Assembly: GCA_964356795.1 (NCBI GenBank)
Contig: CAYHIK010000003.1
Coordinates: 19,004 to 83,003, forward strand
Source of the DNA: an uncultured Candidatus Saccharibacteria bacterium
GTDB lineage: Bacteria; Patescibacteriota; Minisyncoccia; 2-02-FULL-40-12; GWA2-44-9
Direction: 5' to 3'
DNA: 64,000 nucleotides
How positions within the stretch are numbered: the stretch's first letter is position 1; each line of letters starts with the position of its first letter. The position numbers and the translations under genes were made by a program. The notes below the pieces were generated by a model. That model did not search any database and had not been told where the DNA came from. It was given only the letters and a program-made list of their open reading frames with translations. Below are positions 19,118 through 28,476 of the stretch, one piece after another.

Positions 19118-19897
19118 ATGCCGACAGATCCCTACGCCACACTTGGCGTGTCGCGTGATGCGAACGCTGATGAAATAAAAAAGGCATACCGCAAACTTGC
19201 GCATCAATATCACCCCGACAAGAAGGGTGGTAATGAGGCGAAATTCAAAGAGGTTAACGAGGCCTATCAGATTTTAGGCGACTCGGGAAAGAAGGCGCAG
19301 TACGATAGGTTTGGCCACGCGTCATCCCAGGGCGGATTTGGCGGTGCGGGTGGAGGGCAGTATCAAGATTTCGGTTTTGATTTCGGGGGAGGTGGAGGTG
19401 GGGCTGGATTTGAACACATTTTTGATATGTTTTCTGGGGGATTCGGAGGCGGGGCCCGTCAGAAGCCCGAAAAGGGCGAGGATCTTCAGCTTGCCGTTCA
19501 GGTGGCATCGAAAGATTTAGGTAAAAAGAAAGTATACGAATTCGAGGCGTTCATAGCGTGTGAGGGGTGCGATGGCACTGGTGCGCTTGATGGGAAGCTC
19601 AAGGTGTGTGTAGACTGCAAGGGGCAGGGGCGCGTTCAGCAGGCCGTCCGCACTCCGCTTGGCACATTTGCACAGGTTGTGCTGTGTCGTACCTGTGGCG
19701 GTGACGGCGAGATTGCCGAACACTCCTGCCGTACATGTAGTGGTACTGGGAGGGTTAAATCAAAGCGTACGCTCGAGGTTCATATCCCTACGAGCATCCA
19801 AGATCGATACCTCATCGTGTTTCCACAGCAAGGGAATGCCGGGGCTCAGGGCACACCGCCTGGCGACCTCATGATTACATTACGGGTAACGACATAG
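19118..19897 (+). CDS. dnaJ: DnaJ co-chaperone, short form (J domain, G/F region and zinc-finger CTD-I only)
   Basis: HPD tripeptide in YHPDKK, a Gly/Phe-rich linker and four CxxCxGxG repeats. It ends at 259 aa and lacks CTD-II and the dimerisation region. Confidence 0.85.
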   Translation: MPTDPYATLGVSRDANADEIKKAYRKLAHQYHPDKKGGNEAKFKEVNEAYQILGDSGKKAQYDRFGHASSQGGFGGAGGGQYQDFGFDFGGGGGGAGFEHIFDMFSGGFGGGARQKPEKGEDLQLAVQVASKDLGKKKVYEFEAFIACEGCDGTGALDGKLKVCVDCKGQGRVQQAVRTPLGTFAQVVLCRTCGGDGEIAEHSCRTCSGTGRVKSKRTLEVHIPTSIQDRYLIVFPQQGNAGAQGTPPGDLMITLRVTT

Positions 19898-19924
19898 CTC
19901 ACTTACAATACGAGGAGAAGTGGC

Positions 19925-20653
19925 ATGAAGTGCATTGCGCTTGGTGTATTCGTAAGTGTGTTTGCGGTGAGCGTGGGTGCTCAGGATGAGGTTAAACCAG
20001 CATGGACTGGCAAGCTTGGCGCATCCTACATTGCGAGCTCTGGTAACACCAATAACTCAACGATTGGAGCCTCGGGCGAAGCATCGTGGCTTGTGGGTCA
20101 TTTTGCGTTCTCAACAAAAAGTGAATTCCTGCGGACGACAACAGAGCGTGAGCCGGGCGCTCATCGAGTCAACGTCGTGCTGACAGCTGAGCGTGTTATT
20201 GAGGAGAAGATTGGATTCTTTGCGGAGGGTTCGTATTTCGAAGACCCTCCAGCAGGCACAGAGAGCCAATTTTCTATGAGCGCTGGAGCGGTGAAGCATA
20301 TTATACGCGATAAACGGCGCATACTCGATGCTTCACTCTCGCTCACACACGTCAGAGAGCAAAGGACGGTTGCTCCGCACAGAAACTTCGTAGGCGTGCA
20401 AGCTGGCATCGAATTACAGCGTGAGCAGAACGAGTTTTTGTCGACGGAGCATGCTGCGAGCTATGTGCACGACTTCGTGGATACTCGCAACTGGCGTCTT
20501 CGTGTGTCATCTTCGCTCATCGTAGCGCTGAACCAGCGGCTCGCATTAAAATTCTCAAGCGATATCTATCGGAACAAGCCCGATGTTGGTGGGAGTTCGA
20601 TTGATCGGACGATGATGGCATCGCTGGTGATGCGATGGCCTCCGAAGGAGTGA
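19925..20653 (+). CDS. DUF481 (YdiY-like) predicted beta-barrel protein with a signal peptide
   Basis: N-terminal signal peptide ending ...VGAQDE. WTGKLGASYIASSGNTNNS matches the DUF481 W-x-G...GNT signature. 242 aa. Confidence 0.6.
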   Translation: MKCIALGVFVSVFAVSVGAQDEVKPAWTGKLGASYIASSGNTNNSTIGASGEASWLVGHFAFSTKSEFLRTTTEREPGAHRVNVVLTAERVIEEKIGFFAEGSYFEDPPAGTESQFSMSAGAVKHIIRDKRRILDASLSLTHVREQRTVAPHRNFVGVQAGIELQREQNEFLSTEHAASYVHDFVDTRNWRLRVSSSLIVALNQRLALKFSSDIYRNKPDVGGSSIDRTMMASLVMRWPPKE

Positions 20654-20658
20654 TTTCA

Positions 20659-20685
20659 ACGGCCCTTTCTAGGGCCGTTTTTTTG
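20659..20685 (+). terminator. Rho-independent terminator
   Basis: Hairpin ACGGCCCT-TTCT-AGGGCCGT followed by TTTTTTT. Confidence 0.75.
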
Positions 20686-20721
20686 TTGGGATATATAAAA
20701 AGAATAGAGTATACTAGGCGC

Positions 20722-21267
20722 ATGAATGCATTTGTTGCGCGGATTGTTGAGGCGATGCCCTCGTTGAGCGCTATCGCGGATCCGCTCCGTAGCCCGCAAT
20801 ATCTACTCGGCATGTGCGTTGTCGTGCTTCTGGTGTTGTATGGATTATCTGTAGGGCGCACGCGGGCGCTCATCTCCCTCCTGGCAATCTATGTTGCGTA
20901 TGTGCTCACTATACTATTTCCGTTTATGAGCGTGCTGGAGAGTCGTCTTCCTTCCGAGATGCGACTCTACGCGTTGCCCGCGCTGTTTCTGGGTCTCTAT
21001 ATCATTTGTTTTTCAATATTGAGCAGTTCATTACTGCGCGCGCGATTACCGGCTGGAGAAATCTCGCTTGTGAAGGTTAGTGTCATTTCGGTTATTCAGC
21101 TCGGACTACTCGCAGCGATGTGCGTCTCCTTGGTGAGTCCCGAGGTTGCATCACGTATGCTGGGGCCGCTCTATCGGTGGCTTGGGGGGCAACAATCAAT
21201 GTGGATATGGACCGTTGTTTCCATACTTATCATGCCATTTATGCGAGCGCACTCGCGAAGAGAATAG
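20722..21267 (+). CDS. Hypothetical membrane protein (181 aa)
   Basis: Start refined to the ATG at 20722. Multiple hydrophobic helices. Confidence 0.5.
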   Translation: MNAFVARIVEAMPSLSAIADPLRSPQYLLGMCVVVLLVLYGLSVGRTRALISLLAIYVAYVLTILFPFMSVLESRLPSEMRLYALPALFLGLYIICFSILSSSLLRARLPAGEISLVKVSVISVIQLGLLAAMCVSLVSPEVASRMLGPLYRWLGGQQSMWIWTVVSILIMPFMRAHSRRE

Positions 21268-21321
21268 GAATGCTTGTGGTTTTGCGCGCAGTGCGTACAA
21301 TGACGCAGGGAGGTTGGCGCC

Positions 21322-21441
21322 ATGGAGCATGAAGAGGAGGACATCATCGAGATTGTCGTTGAAGAGACTCCTTCGATTGAGGAGATGCAGCGAGAGATTG
21401 ATCGTGAATACGGTGAAGACTGCGAGCAAAGCCCCCGATGA
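21322..21441 (+). CDS. Candidate small acidic protein (39 aa, MEHEEEDIIEIVVEETPSIEEMQREIDREYGEDCEQSPR)
   Basis: ATG at 21322 preceded by GGGAGG with a 9-nt spacer. The stop lies inside the downstream terminator hairpin. It was not in the ORF track because it is under 60 aa. Confidence 0.35.
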   Translation: MEHEEEDIIEIVVEETPSIEEMQREIDREYGEDCEQSPR

Positions 21442-21458
21442 TTCGGGGGCTTTTTTAT
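21430..21458 (+). terminator. Rho-independent terminator
   Basis: Hairpin AGCCCCCGA-TGAT-TCGGGGGCT followed by TTTTTTATTT. Confidence 0.75.
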
Positions 21459-22021
21459 TTCGCTCGTTCGACGTACTGTCCGGTTTCTGTGTTGATGACG
21501 ATATCCTCCCCCTCATCGATGAAGAGGGGAACATTGATGAATGCACCGCAATCGATTTTTACCTGCTTTGAGCCACCCGTTGCGGTGTCGCCACGAATGC
21601 CTGGAGGAGCTTCGACGACTTTGAACGTCATCTTGATGGGCAACGTGATAGTGATGACTTTGTCATTCCACGAGAGCGCTTCGATGTCGGCATTGGGCTT
21701 GAGGAATTGCGCCTGTTCACCGATAAGTTCTTCGGTGAGTAAGAATCGGTCAGCAGGATTCTTCGGGTCGGCAAACCAAAATTCATCACGGTGCTTATAC
21801 AGGAACTTCACGGTGCGACGTGAGACGTCAGCTTCTTCGAAGAAGTCTGATTGCGCAAGATTGCGCTCGAGCACTTTGCCGTTCAGAAGATTGCGCATAC
21901 GCGTTTGCACGACGGGTCGGCGCTGTTGCATCTTCAGGTGATGCGTTTCCAAGACCATGTACGGCTGGTCTTCGTAGATAAAATAGGTTTTCGGTCGCAA
22001 ATCGTTGACGCCAAGTGACAT
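21455..22021 (-). CDS. efp: Elongation factor P
   Basis: 188 aa. The EF-P KOW/OB architecture is conserved throughout (for example the loop TRMRNLLNGK). Confidence 0.9.
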   Translation of the reverse strand: MSLGVNDLRPKTYFIYEDQPYMVLETHHLKMQQRRPVVQTRMRNLLNGKVLERNLAQSDFFEEADVSRRTVKFLYKHRDEFWFADPKNPADRFLLTEELIGEQAQFLKPNADIEALSWNDKVITITLPIKMTFKVVEAPPGIRGDTATGGSKQVKIDCGAFINVPLFIDEGEDIVINTETGQYVERAK

Positions 22022-22099
22022 AGGTGTACGAGGTTATATAAAATACAGCCCGCATATCATAGCAGAAAAGATGGTGAGTGTAAACTCGCCCCTGGGGTA

Positions 22100-23089
22100 C
22101 TATGCGAATTGCTGGCCGATAATGGCCGGATGGCCGTTGAGGAATGTTCGGGCATCTTGGGAGGTCGAGCCCTCGAGTTGGAGCTGTTCGATTTCGATGC
22201 ATCCATCCCCGCACTGAACGAGGAGTTTCTCATTGATGAGTTGCGCGGAGCCGGGTGGCGTAGTCCCTGAATGCTCAGATATGCGGGCACGTGAGATGTT
22301 CAGTGTTTTTCCATTCCATGTGGTCCAGGTGCCTGGATTTGGGCCAAGCGCGCGGATGGTGTTAACGATTGCCTGCGCTGATTTCGTCCAATCAATACGT
22401 CCATCTTCGCGAGTGAATTTGTGGGTTGTAGTGGCGAGTTCGTGGTTTTGTTCTGCGGGAGTTATGCGACCGGCTACATATTCTTTGAGCGTATCGTAGA
22501 GAAGCTCGGCGCCAATGCGAGATAGCTCATCTTCGCAGAGGGTAGCGTCAAACCCCGAGGGTATTTGCCAGGAAGTCGTTGCAAGAATTGGCCCATGATC
22601 CATGAGGGCGTCGAGCTTCATGATGCTCACGCCTGTTGACGCACAGCCGTCGAGGATTGCCGTTTGAATCGGCGACGGTCCACGATATGCTGGCAAGAGT
22701 GATGGATGGACGTTGATGAATCCAAGGTGCGGAATCTTAAGCGCCTCATCGGGGATGATTTTGCCATATGCTACAACGATGCATGCAGTTGGGTTGTATG
22801 CGGCAAGGGCTGATCGGAATGATTCGTCACGAAGTTTCTGCGGTGTGAGCACGGGAATGTTGAGCTCAAGTGCAACGGTGTGCATTGGAGAATGGGTGAG
22901 AATTTTCTTGCGCCCCACCGGTTTATCGGGAGCGGTTATTACGGCTGCAATATCCCAGCCGCTCGCGTGGAGCTTACGAAGTGATGGCACCGCAAATGCG
23001 GGCGTTCCGAAGAATACGAGACGCCGATGCTGTTCGGCTACTTGTATGATTTGCGGTGCAGTAACGGGTGCTGGGATGACGATAGACAT
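22100..23089 (-). CDS. fmt: Methionyl-tRNA formyltransferase
   Basis: LVFFGTPAFAVPSL and INVHPSLLPAYRGPSPIQ motifs. Confidence 0.9.
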   Translation of the reverse strand: MSIVIPAPVTAPQIIQVAEQHRRLVFFGTPAFAVPSLRKLHASGWDIAAVITAPDKPVGRKKILTHSPMHTVALELNIPVLTPQKLRDESFRSALAAYNPTACIVVAYGKIIPDEALKIPHLGFINVHPSLLPAYRGPSPIQTAILDGCASTGVSIMKLDALMDHGPILATTSWQIPSGFDATLCEDELSRIGAELLYDTLKEYVAGRITPAEQNHELATTTHKFTREDGRIDWTKSAQAIVNTIRALGPNPGTWTTWNGKTLNISRARISEHSGTTPPGSAQLINEKLLVQCGDGCIEIEQLQLEGSTSQDARTFLNGHPAIIGQQFA

Positions 23090-23092
23090 GTC

Positions 23093-23560
23093 TTAGCGTG
23101 ATTGCTCCGATGCGCGATTCTGAATCGTCATGCCCTGGAGGTGATCAGTTTCGTGCTGGAGGACGCGCGCGAGCATCCCGCGGGCACGAAATTTTATTTT
23201 GGTGCCATGTTCATCGAGGGCCTTGAACATAATCTTCTTTGAGCGATGAATGGGAACCCAGAGCCCTGGAATGGAGAGGCATCCCTCTTCCATCGGTTCA
23301 GTTTCTTTTCCGTACTCTGTAATTTCAGGATTTGCGAATACACTGGGAACTTCGTATTCAGCGGCAAGGCTTTCATCGATAACGAAGAGCGAGATGTGGT
23401 GTCCAAATTGGTTCGCTGCAAGACCGATGCCGTTGTTCTTCTTCATTGCGTCTCTCATGTCGACAATCAACGAAGCAAACTCTCCCTTTTTGAGGGAGTT
23501 CGCAGAAAGTAGGGTGCACGGACTCGAGAGGATTTTGTTGGGGACCTTCGTGAGTGCCAT
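23093..23560 (-). CDS. def: Peptide deformylase
   Basis: GIGLAANQ, EGCLSIPG and QHETDHLQG motifs. Tandem def-fmt arrangement. Confidence 0.9.
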   Translation of the reverse strand: MALTKVPNKILSSPCTLLSANSLKKGEFASLIVDMRDAMKKNNGIGLAANQFGHHISLFVIDESLAAEYEVPSVFANPEITEYGKETEPMEEGCLSIPGLWVPIHRSKKIMFKALDEHGTKIKFRARGMLARVLQHETDHLQGMTIQNRASEQSR

Positions 23561-23572
23561 ATTGATATTATC

Positions 23573-25480
23573 TCATGCAATAGAGCGTGGGTCAACATCT
23601 ATACTCCATGGAGGTGGAATGTAGTGAAGTATCTCGCGCAGGCGAGCGGATGAAAGCGTCGTACGGAGAATGATGTGCTGTCGCCAGATGCCATTTGCGT
23701 GCTCGACGAGCGCGGGATTGGGCCCCAAGAGCGTTGTTGTTTTCTGAGCACCGAGCGTCGCTATCACGCGTGAAAGTTTATCCGCTAGGAGCGCGCCCTC
23801 GCGTTGTACGTGGATGCGCTGGGGTGATTTATACGTGAGCTTGATGAGGCGCGCAAATGGTGGCCATTGGAATTGCTTGCGCTGTATGAGTTCGGTTTCA
23901 TAGAATGAGCTCCAATCTCGATTCGCGAGATTACCAATAGGGGATTGCTCTTCTATACTCTGAACGATCATCTCCTTCGGTGTAAAGTCAGCAAGTTTCT
24001 CCAGGTACGCAATAAGTCGCTCTTGAGACCGAAAGTCGGGATGCAATGAGAGCGCATCAAAGGATGGGACAATAATTGTGATGAATGCTCGGGCGTATCG
24101 ATGAGGGAAAATCATTGAAGTGGCGACGAGCATTGGTTGCTCCATATGTTCATACGACTGGAGGATCTCCTGCTCACCGCTTCGTGAACGAACGAGATCT
24201 GAATCAAGTATGGGAATGTTCTGAATCGAAAAGCCGAATCTATCCAAGAGCGACTTGATTCCCGTTGCCAGTTTTTGACTTCCCGGAATGCCTGACGGCG
24301 CATATGCCCCCGCGCGACAGAGTGGGCACTGCCGTGGCACGCGAATAAATGCTGTGCAGTGATAGCACACGAGCATGTCTTCACTTGTGCGGTGCCATCG
24401 CATTGGAATATCGCAGGTAGCGCAAAGGTGCGGGCGCTTGCAGGCGCCGCAGCGCGCGATGGTTGCAAATCCTTTTCGGGGAGACAGGACAAGGAGTGGG
24501 GTGTGTGCCTCGTATGCATCGAGGATTGCTGTTTGTGCGCGTCTTGAGAATAGCGATGTGTTGCCCGCGGCCCGCTCCTCCGGCATGGATACGAATTGCA
24601 CTGTTGGCCAATAGGGCTTTTGGTCAGAGAGCTCAATAGATTTGCGCCCTACTAAATGATGATGCACGGTGCTTTGCGATGGTGTGCACCAGGTGAGTTC
24701 CGCTCCGTATTGTGAGGCAACGAATCGTGCAACATCTGGTGCATTTGTGCGCGGCGACATTTCAGATTTATATGATTCGTTGAGCGGGTCCTCGACGATG
24801 AGGTGCGCGAGTGAATGCCATGGGAACGATAATGCGGTGCGGGTTCCTATGAACACCTCGGGCTTTTCAGAGCGCGTTGATACGTACGCATTAAAATAAT
24901 TCTTTGCTGAAAGTTCGCTATGAATCGTAATTGGGTTTAGGTCGTGCAGGCGATGTGCAATGTGTGAAGCGGTTGTAATGTCGGGAGTAAGAATCAAGAT
25001 GTGTCCCGATGATTTTGACGCTGCCTTCCTGGCTAATAACTCAAACGTATCAGGCTGGGTTAACACGAGCGTACCAACCACACGCTGATTCTCGGATGCA
25101 GGCGCACCAGTATTGAGGGGAAGTTGCAGCTGCTTGCCCCGGCGACCAATAAACGGCGGCGCAACAGTCTTCATCGCTGTCGCGAACGAGCACGCATAAT
25201 ACTCTGAGATCCACTGCGCAAGACGCAGTTGTGCCGATGTGATTTGCGGTGATGCACTTATAATCGAGGAAATCTTTTTGAGTTCAAATGAGGAGCTCTT
25301 CACGGCGAGCTTCACGCGACGGATGTCGTCAGACGAAAGCACTACCGCGGGCACAGTGCGCCGTCCGAGCGAGATGCCAATAATCGCACCAACGGCAATA
25401 TCTTCGGTCCAAAAATAATCGAATACCGATGGGGTGTGAGCAGGAAGGGGGGTCAGCGGTACGGTACGAATGAGGTGCAT
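23573..25480 (-). CDS. priA: Primosomal protein N' (PriA) homolog with degenerate helicase motifs I and II
   Basis: PriA-like N-terminus and four CxxC pairs (CGACK...CATC...CYHC...CPLC). However, the Walker A position reads LVLTQPDTFEL and the DExH position reads LIVEDPLNE. Confidence 0.7.
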   Translation of the reverse strand: MHLIRTVPLTPLPAHTPSVFDYFWTEDIAVGAIIGISLGRRTVPAVVLSSDDIRRVKLAVKSSSFELKKISSIISASPQITSAQLRLAQWISEYYACSFATAMKTVAPPFIGRRGKQLQLPLNTGAPASENQRVVGTLVLTQPDTFELLARKAASKSSGHILILTPDITTASHIAHRLHDLNPITIHSELSAKNYFNAYVSTRSEKPEVFIGTRTALSFPWHSLAHLIVEDPLNESYKSEMSPRTNAPDVARFVASQYGAELTWCTPSQSTVHHHLVGRKSIELSDQKPYWPTVQFVSMPEERAAGNTSLFSRRAQTAILDAYEAHTPLLVLSPRKGFATIARCGACKRPHLCATCDIPMRWHRTSEDMLVCYHCTAFIRVPRQCPLCRAGAYAPSGIPGSQKLATGIKSLLDRFGFSIQNIPILDSDLVRSRSGEQEILQSYEHMEQPMLVATSMIFPHRYARAFITIIVPSFDALSLHPDFRSQERLIAYLEKLADFTPKEMIVQSIEEQSPIGNLANRDWSSFYETELIQRKQFQWPPFARLIKLTYKSPQRIHVQREGALLADKLSRVIATLGAQKTTTLLGPNPALVEHANGIWRQHIILRTTLSSARLREILHYIPPPWSIDVDPRSIA

Positions 25481-25596
25481 ACACCTATTCAATCATATGA
25501 GTGCAAATACGCACGCATTGACGAGCGGTGTCTCGGGTTGTGTTATGTGTAGTTCGTGCAATTGCCGGGGCCGGCATTTTTCGATACCATAGACAC

Positions 25597-26901
25597 ATGA
25601 ATGTAAAAGTTCGCATTGCACCATCCCCAACGGGTAATTTACACATCGGGACCGCTCGAACAGCGCTGTTCAATTGGCTTTTTGCGCGCCACCATGGTGG
25701 TGAATTTATCGTACGCATCGAAGATACGGATATCGAGCGCTCGAAGCCTGAGTTCGAGCAAAATATTGTCGACGGGCTGAAGTGGCTCGGACTAGATTGG
25801 GACAACGAGTCTCTTATTCGTCAGAGTGAGCGACTTCCCGTGTATCGTAAGTATCTCGAGCAGATGCTCGCAGATGGAAGTGCATACTGGCGGGTGTACA
25901 CCGAAGCTGAGCAGGTGGAAATGACCCGAGAGGGCCGCACCGCACGAGACAGGGTTATCTGCCTCACGGAAGACGAGAACCCACTTCGCGCAATCTCATT
26001 CCATGATGAAATTCGCGGTGATGTTTCCGTGGAGGTTCGCCACATCGGTCAGGTGGTACTCGCGAAGGATCTCGACACTCCGCTCTATAATTTCGCAGTT
26101 GTTGTCGATGATGTTGATATGGAAATCACCGACGTTATTCGAGGCGAGGATCATATTAGCAACACACCCAAGCAGCTCCTCATCTACGAGGCGCTCCACG
26201 CTACGCCTCCACGTTTTGCGCACCTCCCATTAATCCTTGGATCAGACAAGAGCAAGATGTCAAAACGTCACGGCGCAACAAACATCGCAGACTATCAGAG
26301 GGATTATCTTCCTGATGCGCTCATTAATTTTATGGGCTTACTTGGATACACCTATGAACCCGAACTGCTGTCTCGCGAGGAAATGATCGCTCAGTTTGAT
26401 TTGAAGAAGGTGCATAAATCTGGGGCAATTTTTGATGAGCGTAAGTTGAATTGGATGAATGCGCAGTATATCCGCCAACTTTCAACTGAGGACTTCAAGC
26501 GGCGCACGGGATTACATGCGGTATCTGACCAAGCGGTTCCATTGATTGTCGAGCGACTTGAGAAGCTCACCGATACTCAGCAATTCCGGTATCTCTGGGA
26601 GGCCACAGAATATGATTCTAGCTTATTGCGCTGGAAGCAAGACAGTGACGAATCCACAATTCGCGCCCTTACCGCGTGTCGCGACTTGGCGCTTCAGGGC
26701 TCCCTCAATAGCAGTGCGCTTGATCAGCTCGCCGTTAATTCGTTCGTAGGGAGCAAGGGCTCGGTGTACTGGCCACTTCGCGTTGCTCTTTCGGGGTCTG
26801 CGCAAAGTGCGGGTCCGCTTGATATCGCCGTTGCGATTGGATCAGAACAGACTATGAGTCGAATCCAAGCAGCATTACGCGCGCTGGGAGTCGAAGTATA
26901 A
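25597..26901 (+). CDS. gltX: Glutamyl-tRNA synthetase
   Basis: RIAPSPTGNLHIGTAR (HIGH) and KMSKRHG (KMSKS). The start was refined to the ATG at 25597. Confidence 0.9.
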   Translation: MNVKVRIAPSPTGNLHIGTARTALFNWLFARHHGGEFIVRIEDTDIERSKPEFEQNIVDGLKWLGLDWDNESLIRQSERLPVYRKYLEQMLADGSAYWRVYTEAEQVEMTREGRTARDRVICLTEDENPLRAISFHDEIRGDVSVEVRHIGQVVLAKDLDTPLYNFAVVVDDVDMEITDVIRGEDHISNTPKQLLIYEALHATPPRFAHLPLILGSDKSKMSKRHGATNIADYQRDYLPDALINFMGLLGYTYEPELLSREEMIAQFDLKKVHKSGAIFDERKLNWMNAQYIRQLSTEDFKRRTGLHAVSDQAVPLIVERLEKLTDTQQFRYLWEATEYDSSLLRWKQDSDESTIRALTACRDLALQGSLNSSALDQLAVNSFVGSKGSVYWPLRVALSGSAQSAGPLDIAVAIGSEQTMSRIQAALRALGVEV

Positions 26902-28145
26902 TGAAGAATTCTGTACGTACGATAATTATTATAGCTGGAGTCATCGGATTTCTCTCCGGTTCGATGGTGCACGCAGAAACGGCTGACGAAACGCGCATAA
27001 AACAGCTTCAACTGCAGTACGACGCGCTTGAGCGCGAGGCGGCCCAGAAGCGCGCCGTTATTGCCACAACGCGTGAGCAGGCTGATTCGTTGAAAAAGGA
27101 GATTACCATTATTCAAAATCAGATCGGTGCAGTTCAAGCACAAATTGGATCAACAGCGGCGAGCATAGAGAAGACGCGCCTCACTATTGATGGTGTTCAA
27201 AATCAAATAAGCCTCAAGCGCGCCGAGATGAGTCGAAAGCGCGATACCGTCGGGCGAATGATTGCGTTCCTTGATCAACGAGATCGAGAGCAACTTATCG
27301 CAAGCCTTTTCAAGTATGCTGACCTCTCCTCGTTTGTACAGCAATTTCACGACCTCGCTATAGTGCAGAAGAAGCTCTTCTCTATTATTAACGAAATTAA
27401 AGTCGCAAAAGCCTCTCTTGAAGACGATAAGCAGGTTCTCGAGGATCAAGAGGCAGAGCTTGAGCATCTCAACGATATAGCGCTCCAGCGTAAACAACAA
27501 CTTGCTGGCGTGAAGGGTGAGCGTGATCGCGTGTTGAGTATAACCAAGGGCCAAGAGGTGCAATATCAAAAACAACTCGCTACTATCGAAAAGCAAAAAT
27601 CGCAGCTTTTCAAAGAGCTTCGTGAGTTGGAGTTAAAAGTGGTATCGGGCGGACTCTATATTGTACACATCAAGGCGGATAACGTTCCACCGCGTGGCAC
27701 AAAAATTTTTCAGAAACCCGAAGACGATGCCTATGTGACGCAGGGATACGGCATGACGGCGTACGCAAGGAGGGGAGCGTATGGCGGCGCACCTCATAAT
27801 GGGGTTGATGCTTCTGCGGGATACGGGTCCCCCATTAAAGCGATCGGGGACGGAAAGATTGTTGCGAATGGGACAAATAGCGGCTGGGGCAATTGGATTG
27901 CAATACAGCACCCCAATAATATGGTCTCCGTATATGGCCACATGAGCTCTCTGGCGCCCCTCAAGGTTGGCACCGCAGTAGCTGTTGGGCAAACAATTGG
28001 CTACGAGGGCTCAACTGGCAATTCGACAGGTTCCCACCTCCACCTATCACTCTACAAGGAGTTTTTCACGTATTTGCGCGAAAAGGATAACCAACTCTAC
28101 TTCAACTACTTTGAAGGCACGGTAAATCCCGCGGACTATTTATAG
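26901..28145 (+). CDS. M23 family peptidoglycan metalloendopeptidase with an N-terminal coiled coil (EnvC/PcsB-like architecture)
   Basis: Signal/TM helix, then a long coiled coil. The C-terminal LytM domain carries HNGVD and GSHLHLS motifs. The start overlaps the gltX stop (TAATG). Confidence 0.8.
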   Translation: MKNSVRTIIIIAGVIGFLSGSMVHAETADETRIKQLQLQYDALEREAAQKRAVIATTREQADSLKKEITIIQNQIGAVQAQIGSTAASIEKTRLTIDGVQNQISLKRAEMSRKRDTVGRMIAFLDQRDREQLIASLFKYADLSSFVQQFHDLAIVQKKLFSIINEIKVAKASLEDDKQVLEDQEAELEHLNDIALQRKQQLAGVKGERDRVLSITKGQEVQYQKQLATIEKQKSQLFKELRELELKVVSGGLYIVHIKADNVPPRGTKIFQKPEDDAYVTQGYGMTAYARRGAYGGAPHNGVDASAGYGSPIKAIGDGKIVANGTNSGWGNWIAIQHPNNMVSVYGHMSSLAPLKVGTAVAVGQTIGYEGSTGNSTGSHLHLSLYKEFFTYLREKDNQLYFNYFEGTVNPADYL

Positions 28146-28180
28146 AAAACAGCCTCCCGTGGGAGGCTGTTGGGTATTTA
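28146..28180. terminator. Bidirectional rho-independent terminator
   Basis: Hairpin CAGCCTCCC-GTG-GGAGGCTG with A-rich and T-rich flanks on both sides. It lies between convergent genes. Confidence 0.7.
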
Positions 28181-28194
28181 AGTGAGAGGTTAGC

Positions 28195-28476
28195 TCACTC
28201 CGTTCCGTCATCTCTGGACGGATTACGATTCTGGAAGATCACATACGGGTCCCAGACCGTGATCTCGCCAACAGGATCCGCCTGCTCTGGATCCATGATC
28301 CTTGCCGTTAGCGTGATTTCGAATTCAGCATACAGTCCACTCTCCGCAAGCTCGCGTGAGAGCCTATCCGCCAAAATCTCGCCCGCGTCAGTCATTAGCT
28401 TGCGGGAGTCGCCCGCCAACCGAAAGAGTGTGCTCGATGGGTGCTCTTTTGGCTGTGGCCCGGTCTGTTTGGCCAT
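28195..28476 (-). CDS. Hypothetical small protein (93 aa)
   Basis: The ATG is preceded by GAGGTG. Terminator downstream. No recognised motif. Confidence 0.45.
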   Translation of the reverse strand: MAKQTGPQPKEHPSSTLFRLAGDSRKLMTDAGEILADRLSRELAESGLYAEFEITLTARIMDPEQADPVGEITVWDPYVIFQNRNPSRDDGTE

